The position numbers and the translations under genes were made by a program. A model generated the notes under the pieces. It was not told where the DNA came from. It worked only from the letters and a program-made list of their open reading frames with translations, and ran no database searches. From NCBI RefSeq assembly GCF_964355755.1, contig NC_092679.1, positions 6,726,201-6,790,200 on the forward strand: 64,000 nucleotides of DNA. Direction: 5' to 3'. Origin of the DNA: Antedon mediterranea (lineage: Eukaryota; Animalia; Echinodermata). Shown in pieces: positions 37,401 through 49,400 of this stretch; within the stretch, counting starts at the first letter, position 1; each line of letters starts with the position of its first letter.

Positions 37401-40400
37401 AACAAAACAAAAAACATGAACAAAATGCCTCAAATCCTATTTAGCAAACTAAAGCTCTGTCTACACTATCAAATTTTATGTGACAAAAAATGTGATGTGC
37501 CCATATATAGACACGAAATGTCGTATCACTACCATATTTGGGCACATCACACTTTTTTGATAGTGTAGACAGGTTTCAATAAACTCTGATCAATTTTGCT
37601 GAATATTTTAATCATGGCAAACTCTGAAAATAAATTTAAATTGTACCTCAGATGTTGCCACTGGGGGCGTGACCCTTGGAGCATAATGACTTAATATCGA
37701 CATACAAGCTAATACAAGATGTAGTGCTCCAATGTCAAGGGTCATACGACGTAGTAGGACTCCATCATCTGTGGTCAAAGGTGAGCCATGAAGCAGAGTA
37801 ATTAAGATCGAGAACGGAAGTGTGGGTAAGCAAGACGCCTGAGGCGATGATAATATATGACCTAAAAAAATAACAAATTATTTAAACACAATTTTTTTTA
37901 TATTTATTATTAACGATTTGATTACAATTAAGAAATAATTAAAAATATTGTAAGAATATTTAATAAACATAATAAAAAAAATCCATAATATGCATGTTCT
38001 TTTCATGAATATATACACAGTTAAATATTTTTAAATTTTTCTTATACTAGGTTTTTCTGTACATACCGCCTTCCCCGTCATCTGTAACTCCTAGTATGAG
38101 CCTAAGCAGGAACTGAGCCTTCTTGTGTTCTTTTAACAAGACCTCAGCATAACCTGGCAGCCTGAGGAACAGTCCAAATGCTGCTAGGGAATGGGCTGGA
38201 ATGGCAATGTTATGGCCTAGGTGTGTAGTCGTCGATGACAATGGTAGCGAGTTGTTTGTTGTACTGCCTCCTTGATTTGTTTCCTCCATGTACTGAAACT
38301 GTAGAGGGTGGTACTACAATAACATTTTGAAATTAGAAAGTAATATATAGAATATTGAATAAAACTTGCTAAGCTATCATGGGTGTAATGCTCTGTCTAC
38401 ACTATCAGATAGTTTGACAAAAAAGTGTGATGTGTCCAAATATGGTAGTGATATGCTCAAATATGGTCGTGATATCAACATCATCATGTCCATATATGGG
38501 CAGATCAGATTTTTCTGTCGCATACAGTTTGATAGTGTAGATAGATCTATTATTTACGACAAAAGTAATATATGCCCGGATCTACCCTTTAAACCAAATT
38601 TTATTGTTTAAAAAATAATTTACCCAATTTTCTTCAATTCCAGATTCCATTCCTCCTCCCATTTCTGATGGCAACCATTCACCTTTGATTTGATCATCTG
38701 CATTCTTCTCAATGACTGAGCTGCTAGTGGCTATTTCAGGGCGTGGTGTTTCAGAGTATAACATGGGAAGATGTTCAGCGATGAGGGCTAGACCATTCAT
38801 GCTGGCAAAGACATGAAGGAAAGATGGAAGAGCAGGTGTGTCTAAGAGGACAGCATCTGGAATAGCATCATTCAAATCATCTGGTGATTTGTTGTTGTCT
38901 GATGAAGAATCTGCAAAAAAAGATTATTAAAATGATTGTCCAGTTAATCAGAAACATTTATAAATCCTATTTATTTATAGAAACATATATTTTGTATGTA
39001 ATTGATATCAGTATAATTATGAAAATACTGTATATAGAACGCTAAAAATCGGAACCTACCGTCAACACTGTTCATCTTAGCACTATGTGTTGCGATTAAT
39101 TTTCCTGTAAGTTTCATTGTAAAATGCAGATGAGAGAACCCAGCATCTAAGCCTCTCTGCTTTAACAACACCATCAACTGGCCTAGGGTTAGCTTAGATG
39201 GTAAGGCCTGGTTTGGAAACATTGAATGATGCAACGAAAGTGTCAGAATGCTCATTGAATCCCGGTTTAGACCAAGACGTCCTCTTCTTGTTGGCGGCCT
39301 AGGAAAAGCAGAGCTGCTATCCTTGCCATCTGACTCAGAATCTAAAATAAAATTGATTGAAATTAAAAATACAGCCAATAAAAATAAAATGTGTCATATC
39401 AAGAGATAATATGCAATAACCATACAACATAAAGTATTACTAACTATACAGTATAGTCATCTGCCGTTTTCCGCCAATGGTACAATTTTGTCTGATTGTT
39501 TTGAAAAACATCCAGAAATTGCATACATTCTCCATTTATCACACTTAGAAAGTGTCTGGTAAATTCATTTTTTAAATATAGCTGCTGATGCCCAAATAAT
39601 AGGGTTGTGTCCATATATGGACATGATGACGTCATATCACTACCATATTTGTGCATTTTTTTGTCACATAAAATTTGATAGTGTAGACAGAGATTTAGAT
39701 TTGTTTAAATAGTGCTCTCTATGTTTGGATGTATTTTTAGAGTATATATACACATTGTACCTTCTGTTGGTTGGCTTATATAAAAAAAAGTTCATAGTAG
39801 AATGCCTATTAAGGAACATCATCAAGATGTGTCCCTCAAATAGAGGTTGACTGTAGTGTTAAAACATATTTCCCTGTTCATTTGTCAGAGAAGGCATGTC
39901 TTGATGGAGATGTTCTACTGTATTATTAAATCAAGTATCAATCAACTATTTCTTACTATATTTATCAGTTGCTTTGTTCTTTATCCCTGCATCACTAGCT
40001 TTAGCAGCTATTTTCTTTAGTTTGCTTTTGGCAAGGTCTGCTATCAGCGATGGAAACAGCACCTTGTCTGTAGAGGTAGGTAGCTTCTCAGTTTTACTGT
40101 CAAGAATTTTTGACGTCAGTGATGGAGTATCTATAATTAACAAGAAATTATAATAGTAAAGAGCACAGTTAATTGGTTAAATGGTTGCCAACACTAGTAT
40201 GACAAATAACTAGCGCTGTTCTACTGTGAAAACTGAGTGGAGTTTGAATGCTAGAGCACTTGTATATAATGTAAAAGATCTGTATTTGAATAAACTACTA
40301 TTAAGGGGACACATTTAAGGCATAACTCAGTGTCCTCTTAATGCATTGAATCTTTAAGGCATATATTCCCCATGTTTAAACGGGTGGTTGCCTAGTGCTT

Positions 40401-43400
40401 TGACCATGTATTTCGTATTTGTTTTGTTGTCTATTGAACAGAGGTGTTGAATACTTGTTTCCCTTTTTCAAACTCACCTGACACTTGTGATAAGACCTTG
40501 CTAATTGAATCCATCAGGTCAACTTCAATAGTTCTAAATTTATGACCAGCTCCAAAGCTCGGATGTTGGAGACCAGTTGGTGTGGAACCAGATGCTTTGT
40601 ACAGATGTCTTGTTGACTTCAAATGAACTAGAATCTTCTCATCCTCCAACATTAACTGCAGTATAAGTCTTCTAGTAAAACCAGTAATAAGATTTGTGCC
40701 GTTTGAATCATTCTTACTACAAATAACATCACAAATGACCTCTGCCAGCTTTCTCTGGTTCTCAGAGTGGAAAGCAATTGTTTTACTGAGGAATGAGATG
40801 GTAGCATTCTCAATTGCTGATCGTTGCTGAGAGGTGAGAACTGTTGACTTCTTCCGGTTGGATGGCAGTGTCTGAGTTTGATATTCATTTGAGGAGTTGT
40901 TGCACAAGAGGTTTAGCAATGCCTTCCAGAAGATTCTTCCTTCGGATCCCCCAAGCCACTCTTTCATAGATGGTTCTTGTGAAACTTCTCCAAAGAAATT
41001 CAAAACCGGAGCTACAAGATCAGCAGTTAACGACACATAATCAGAAGAAACAGAGTCTGTACGATGCTTAAGTCTGGTTCCTCGTGGAGACTTAGCTGGT
41101 CTAGGAGATGGACTAGAGGAATCCGATTGACTTCTTAGGATTTCATATTCACAAAATTCAACAAGAGCCTGTGTAAGAATTGCCAGAAAACCAGATGTGA
41201 TCAATTGTTGGGAAGCAGACGGAGACCTGCAGGCTATTGACAAGGTTGTCAGGTGATCTTCATTGAGAATCACAAGACCTAGATCTTCAATTGTGATTGG
41301 TTGGTGTCTTGGAAGTTGTTCATCATCTGTTCCTGCTCCCTTTTCTGCACCCTTACTGTCATCTGGAATATAAACAATGTTTTCGTATTAAATAAAAATA
41401 TCCAATGATGATAAGCTACTGTAAAAGTAGACATTACAGAAAATGTAATTAATTGGGTTGTTGATTAGAGGAAATATTGCAATAACCCACCTGTTAAATG
41501 TGAAACCATTTCTAAGCTTGTATCATGGACAACACCCATCCATTCCATCATAGATGTAAAGAAGGAAGGTTGTACGTAACACATAGAGCATAACACATAG
41601 TCTGCTGACTTCTTTAGAGCACAGGTGCTGGGTAGAACCATTGACCATTCATAAATTGAGCTTAAAAACAAGACAAAGAGAGACACCAATAAAGACTGGT
41701 TTATGTAATTAATTATCTTTATTACAACACTTTTTTTTAATTTTATTTTATTTCAAATGTAAGTAACCTACTGTATATCACGCTTTTAAACTAAAGTGGC
41801 ACAAGGTCAGGACTGAACCCTGGACACTTACTTAATACGGTATGTAAAATGTACAAAAAACGATAGCACAACAAAAAATGTTTACATTACAATAAAAAAA
41901 GTTGGTAAAAATTTATTAGGAATGGAAGGCAAGCTTGTTAACAACCAAGCACAGCACCCTGTCCATTTCCTAACTCTATGCCGTGGTCAAAGAATATCAC
42001 ATACCTGAATAATTCCTGTGTCAATAGAGATCTAAGGTCATATGGCACAGGAAGTTCAAAGCTACTCCAAATGATAGTTGCAACACAGTGTATGTGAGCA
42101 GGAGAGGGTGCTAAAAGGCCAACCTCCAGTGGTGAGAGAGTGTGTGGAGCTCGTTGATATGTGCTATGCTTGTGAAGCGCCACCCGTGCTGTATCCCCTA
42201 GCCACTCCAGCAAGGCCTGTACTCTGTAGAAAAAAAAATGAAAATGAGTTACTAGACACAGTCAATGACGAAGAATGTTTTTTAAACACACAAATGGTCT
42301 CGTTGGGGGACTAAAGCTCTGTCTACAAAAAAAATGTGATGTTCCAATATATGGACATGATGATGTCATATCACTACCATATTTGGGCACATCACACATT
42401 TTTTGTCAAACTAATTTGATAGTGTAGACAGAGCTTTAGGAAGTCTAAATGTTAATATGTTTATAAACAATGCTATTATAAATCAACCTTTCTTTTGTTC
42501 CTTGGTCTTGTGTCATACCAAGTTGGTAGATAATTTCAACAGTTGATTCTGAAGAGTTCCCATGCCCTCTTCCCAACAGTGATGGAGTTTGACCATCTAA
42601 AATTACAAAAAAATTGTTGTTAAATATAATGTTCAATAAGGGGACACCCTGGGGACCCAACATAGTGTCACCTTAATGGCGTGTCTCCTGAATAGGCGTT
42701 TTACTATAGTATGAAAATATAAATTGCATTTTTGGGAAAGTCAACCCTCAACAGCGGTTCTCCTGAATAGGGGTATCCCAGAGGAGGGTTCTAATTTAAC
42801 TGGCATTTATCATGGTATTACAACTTCTAAAAGCTGTCAAACACTGTATATGGAATATTTTCTACAAAAAATTGAAGGGCATTGACAACATTAAAAACTT
42901 ACCATCATCAGTCAAGTAAAGATTTCTCAATAAAATATCAAACAACGACAAGCCCAGCTCAGTTGAATGTAATCCAATTTTCAACAGTACAACCTCGATG
43001 TTAGCAGCACGGATAAGGGAGTGACGAGACAAGAGGAGGGCAGTGCAGGTGGTCAGTAGATGTGGAGTGGACGTTGATGCAGCGGCGGACATCATAGGTT
43101 CCAGCGAGGGTGAGTAGGTAAGACAATGGTGGAGTAAGCGTAGCCAACCAACACTGCCAATAAAATAATATAACCTTCTAAAACACATTCTATTGTATTA
43201 TCATAGTATTGTTGGTTTTAATGTTTAACTGGAAATGTAATACTCATTTAAAGTGTAACAGTAAAAAGTATATAATATAAACACAGGCGAAGAACATTAA
43301 TTCTAAACCACCTTGTGATATACTGAAAATGTATTAATTAATTTGAAATGATAAGATGAGGAAATCTGTGAGAATGAGAAAAAGTCATCCCAATCGAGAT

Positions 43401-46400
43401 TCGAACCCAGGACCTTCTGCTTGATATGCAGATGTCCTAACCATTAGACCACTGGGGCTTTCATGGTATTGTTCAAACGCGATTGGATAGCAACTCTTTA
43501 ACGTTCTTGGCGTGGTACTGCGGAACAGCACCAGTCCCTCAATTGTACGCACATGCACCAGAAGTAAAATTGATACGCCCTCATCTTTCAGTATTTCATT
43601 CACAAAGCGGGATCTCCGAAGAGATACTTTTATATATATAAAATACAGTATATTATATTGATCATTAAAATATTGCAATGTCTGCTAAAAAAGATTGTTT
43701 TTCAACAAGCTTAAGGGAAAAAGTTATTTTTTAAACTGTAATTTCAATCCAAGTACCAAGTGTAAGCTATCGATATCCTACTAAAGTATTTTCTACAATA
43801 AAGTAAATATGTCAAACCTGGATTTTGATGCTGCATCTTCTGTCAGTAGGAATGGATTCTGATTGGCCGATGAATTTGAGAAGGCGCTCAGCCCAAGCAG
43901 CATAATCTGGGACAGACCAATGCTGCTTGAATCTCTTGGTCTGTGTAGTTTTAAGCACACTGATCTTGTAACCTCTGGCTTCTGTAGCTGCAACTTGATA
44001 TACGTCAGGCCACCAGTTGAAATTGGGGAACTGATGGGGATAGAGGTGTAACCATCTCTGCTGAGCTCAAGAGCTACCGCTGATGGGCAGGCTATACGGG
44101 TAGAAATAAAACAATTATTAAAACTATATTTCTTCTTGCTTCAATAAGGAAAAAAATGTTTAAAATATTATTAAAATCACATCTTTTTGCCTGAGCATGG
44201 TAATGGTGTTTATTTGAAATTTGCAATTTTGTATTATTGAATTACTTAAATTGCATGCCTCCAAAAAGAGCACATCTGGTGGAGAAGAGCAGACAGAATT
44301 TGAATAAGTAATATGTCTAATTCTATGGGACTTTTTAATTTAAATAATAAAACTATATATAATACAGTTTTGATCATAATAGAATTATAAATGATGTTAT
44401 TTCTAAGTTGCTATAAATCATAAGGTGTTATGAGAGGCACTTAATTAAAGGAGAGAAAGACAAAGAAAGGAATCTTACTGGCTAATGATGTCAGATGAGG
44501 TTGGATGTGAATTTCTTTAATAAGTACAGCACCAGGTAGTGTAATGGTGAGATCACACCAAGACTCATCTGGGTAGAAATGATAGGACCATGCAGGAGAG
44601 CGAGCCCTGCGATGTGGTGCTTGAGGTTGCAGAAGTACCTCAGCTGGTTGTGCCGTTGGGCTACTCGACGAAATCGATCCTGAAAGAAACAAATTCCACA
44701 TTTATAGTACAAGAACAAGAAAAAAGAAATTTTTAATTACCACTTTTTATGCAAAATAAACCAAAGTCCAGAGCACTAGAATGCATCAAAAACCAAATCA
44801 GTATTTATCAGAGTGTGATGTTTCACTTTGTGAATACACTGAATCGATAACTCTAAAGCTCTGTCTAGTACACTATCAAATTAGTTTGACAAAAAAATGT
44901 AATGTGCCTAAATAATAAGGTAGTGATATGCCTAAATATGGTAGTGATATACCCAAATATGGTAGTGATATGACATCATCATGTCCGTATATTGGCACAT
45001 CACACTTTTTTGTCACATAAAGTTTGATAGTTTAGGCTTAAGCGTAGGTCTTGTCTTTATTTATACTAGTCTATCTTTCAATATCCAGCAAGCCAATTTC
45101 TTCTGTGCTTAGTTGGCTAGTGAAGTCTTTTTGTATGTAATTATTTATTGTGTCGTTTGTTTTGTATGGGAACCAATCTGAGTAAATTCCCTTTATGGTT
45201 TTCCTCTATTCCTGGTTGCTGTTTGTTTTCTCTGTGCTTTCCTTATTTTTTTTAGACAAAAATGGATACAAAATAATGCAAAAAAGTCACTTACCATGTG
45301 GAGCAAAATTGTACAATCCATCAATGGTTTCTGTTTCAGACGTCAAGCCTCTGGATTTTGGAATATTAGCTGAAGGTGGAACAGCACCCCCATTGGGTTT
45401 ATTTGCAACGCCGAGTCTCTGCATGATACTGGATATAGCGCTAGGTGTTGTATCAATTACTGTTTGGTTACTGCTCACAAGATTTCGACAAAATACTTGG
45501 ATTCCACCTAAAAAACATACATATAATTTGAATAAAGTGGAAATGAAAAATCTGAACTAAGAATATAATTGTCAACTTTGATTTCTTACATGTAATTTTA
45601 GAATATAACTTTACATCAATGTAAATTACTGAATAAACTGCAACTATTCTAAAGTTATATTTCAGAGTATTACTATCAGTAATTATTGTTTTCAAAAGAA
45701 AATTAAACTAACAAAACTTACCCATGTTATGAAAGGATTGCAATGCCTTTTCTGAACTGAGAGCTCTGAGAATAAACCAGAGAAGAGGTTCTGAAAGAGG
45801 TGCCGCAACAGTTGGCATATGTCCTCTATCACCCCCACTAATGTACGACATAATGTTCTTAAGAATCAGATCTACAACCGTTGCCTTTGTATTCAGAGTA
45901 CACAGCACCTGATAGATGTTATCCCCGACAGAGACGGATTCACCAGTAGATAAAGATTCTGTTGTCAGTTGGCATAAGCCACCCCCGATGATCATTGCCA
46001 TTGTGTTACTGTCGCAGTAACTTAAAGCAGACAATAGCAGAGTTACTGTCCTAGACTGTGACAGAATAATGTCAGCGATATATTTAGTGCACTCTGTCAT
46101 TGTTGGTGCTGTACTTGAGGTAGATGCAGAAGACTTCTCTTCATCACTGATGGCAGTCGTGTTGACTGGCTGTTCAGAGCTTTCACCAGTTCGCTGCTTC
46201 TCTTCATCACTTATGGCACTGAAAGAAGAACCAGAAGCTCCTTGTGGTGCATCCAGCTGTTGTTGAGCAGCATTGATCTTACTGGAATCTGTCATTGGTT
46301 CCAAATCAGAATTCTCTGAATCTGGATGATTGGATTTATGGTTATCAGGAATGTTGGATTCACTGATGGGAACTTCTACTGTGTCAATCGGAATCTCAAC

Positions 46401-49400
46401 TAAATTGTTGACAAGTCTTAATAAGTAGCACATCAGATCATCACGACCTACACCACCATCGATGGATTTGTACTCCACACCTCGTAGCATGCTGGCAAAC
46501 AGACCAGTGAAACAGGACCTAGCACTGAGTGTGCTGGTTGATGCACTATGGCTGGTGACCTGTTGTGCAGAAGACAAATGACTGTGAACCAACAGCACAA
46601 TGGCATCAATGAGGTTGACAGTGTTGGCAACATCAACCGTTGTAAACTCTTGTTCCAGAATACACTCTAACAAAAAGATTTGAGCATCCAATGGACCCGT
46701 TCCTACTTGAAATGCACCCCTGTAGAAAAGGAAAAGAATCACAATTTAAAGAAACACAAATTATAAAATTAATGATTACACTAGACATAAAGTTGTGATA
46801 AATTATTCACACTATAGTATAGAGGCCTGTATTGTTGGTAGTAAAGGGGTCAAATCAAACTAGGTCATTGTATTGGGAATTAACCTATTATTTTTACTTT
46901 TTATTTTTTATTAGTGAGCTCCACCTATCTTTTTAATAACAATCATAATATTGATATAAAGTTTGCGGCACACCACATATGTATAGTTTTGAAAACAAAC
47001 TGTTGAGTGTCTCGATGTTTCGATCAATATACTTTGAAGGTCCGTAGGATTAAGAATAGGAAAATCATAATCTAGACTCAATTTCATCCCCCATTTTGGA
47101 TCAATTTCGCATTCTAACAGCAGTGACCTTATAGCAACAGTAGATAATTTATTTAAAGATTTTATTCATTTAACAAATAGCTTTATTGTCCCTAGAGTTC
47201 CAGAGACCAAAAGCTCCACCTAATATCTTTATAAAAGACACCAACCTTGGCTCTACAACCATCAATTGTAGAAGATTTAATAGAAGAGATTTAAAGGTGC
47301 TGGTGTGTGGTTCTGGTGATGTTGACACTCTCATCTGAAGCCTGACTAGGAAGTCTTTGACTGCCTGTACTACTGATGGACCAGCCTGGTAAAAACATAT
47401 TCATTATCATCTCATCATTTGTTCTTATTTTTGTTATTTAACATTTCTTATTCTGTATTATATGTATTATTGATGCCTTCATGAGACAAGCTTTTGCTTC
47501 TAGTAAGGATTCCTGTTATTGTTATAACTGAATAAATGTGGAATATGTTTTGATGGATACATCAAAATAGGCAGGGAATTGAGAATCAAACCTTTAAGAT
47601 ATGTATAATCTTTTATATAAGATAGATCATGTTTTTAAAAGGAGATATTCCAAAAACCTAAAGAAAACTTTATATTTGTTACATTTTGTTTGTAAGCTTC
47701 TTACCTGGCCTTGAATAGTGCTGTCTCCTGGTTGTAATATATTGCCAGAGAAAAACTGAACAAGAGCAAGCAAGAGATTGTGGTCTTCTACCATCAAATT
47801 GGCCATCCACACTGCTTCTGATGTCTCTTCAGGGTCATGACATCTGGAGTTTGCCAGGCAACAGAGTGTCTGGAAAGTTAAACACCACGTTTGCAGGTGT
47901 GTGTTAGGCTGCCGTGCAAGGCAGGCTAGAAGATTTGACATTGAATCCTGTAGTAGAGGTATCGTTGGTACAAGACTGGCATTGAATTTTTTAGATTCTT
48001 GTTTGTGTTCTAGCACAGTTGTAGCATTGATATTAAGTGTGAGCCAAAGTTGCAGCAATGCTTCTAAATTCACCCTCTGATTTTGAATCTCTCCAAAAAG
48101 CTGATTGAAACAGACTGTTAACATTTGCGTTGAGGACATCAACGGGAGAGGGGTATCGATACTGTTGTTATCTGCAGTGTTGCCTGAATCGGCAGATGAT
48201 TGTACAGATTGAGATGGCAGGGAGTCTGTTACTTGTGCCTGGCTAACAGCACTTACATCCGTCAGAGAAGATATTTTTAAATACCACTCAGCTTGCATTT
48301 GAAGCCCTAGTTCTAGCCTGGCATCCATCGCAAGTGAGACATTCTGCAGAGTTCCAGATGCACTTCCTTTTCCGTTTCCATTACCGTTCATTGATTGGTA
48401 CAATATACGACCGGAGCTGGCACCAGCTTTCAGAGTTCTCTTGGGGCCCTTTGCATTGTAGCCATCTTCCCAAAGACTATAGTATTTTGAAGAGCCAAAG
48501 CAGATGTCATCAATATCGTCTGGAAGTGCATAACCGATGTCTAATGGGTCTGACAAAAAGCTTGGCTGCTGCATTGGGTGTACCATTATGCTTTCATCTG
48601 GTGTTGATGACAGAGGTGGAAAATCGGATGCTTCTGTAGAGTAGTAAACAAATTGAAACATACACACACATTACATCAATGTTTTCATGTCTGTTGACAT
48701 TGTTTGTATATGTTTACATTACTATTTACATACATACATATTATTGAGTGTAAATGAGTTGCACTGTATTTTATGGACTTTTTTTTTATTATAATACTGT
48801 AATACCATTATGCGCTCAAAATATACCTTTAGCTTATACATCCGATTCTCATATAGTATTATGTCTGGCTTTAGAGATAATAAACAGCACTAACTCACTT
48901 AATCTCTAGGTATTATTACACATATTACTACCACCAACCTGTAGAATATACAAAAACCCTACCTGCTGTATCTCCCATGATGTCAAAGACGTTCCCTGCA
49001 ACACCATTAACCTCAGCGCCTCCCGTAGCTCCTGCCACTTCTATTTCTGGTGCTGCATCATTCGTGAGATCAGGATCAATTTCAAGTCTTTCTTCTCCAT
49101 GAGTTCCTTGGTTTGATGCCTCCTCTATTGGGTGTAAAAGTTCACCTAGAAAGAAAAGCATGTTCAAAGTTTACATCTTTACTCTTGACTTTTCGAAGCG
49201 CCCTCTAATGTCTATTTCAAGAATCATGTCGTAGTATCTGCTTGCACTTCAATCTCTAAGCAATTCAGTGAATGAGCGGTTTAAACAGTGGAACGGTAAT
49301 ATGTAGCCATAACATCAGCAAGGGTTTGAGGCTCGCTTGCTGCATGGTTCTGGTGGTAGTACGGGTCTTCACGGATAAGGACAATAAACCATAGCTCCGG

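Noticed and set aside
43385-43678. 97-aa ORF, plus the similar 65-aa ORF at 51173-51370, as a duplicated small gene
   Set aside because: The similarity comes from the repeated element. The frames differ in start and end and run through the tRNA-like sequence.
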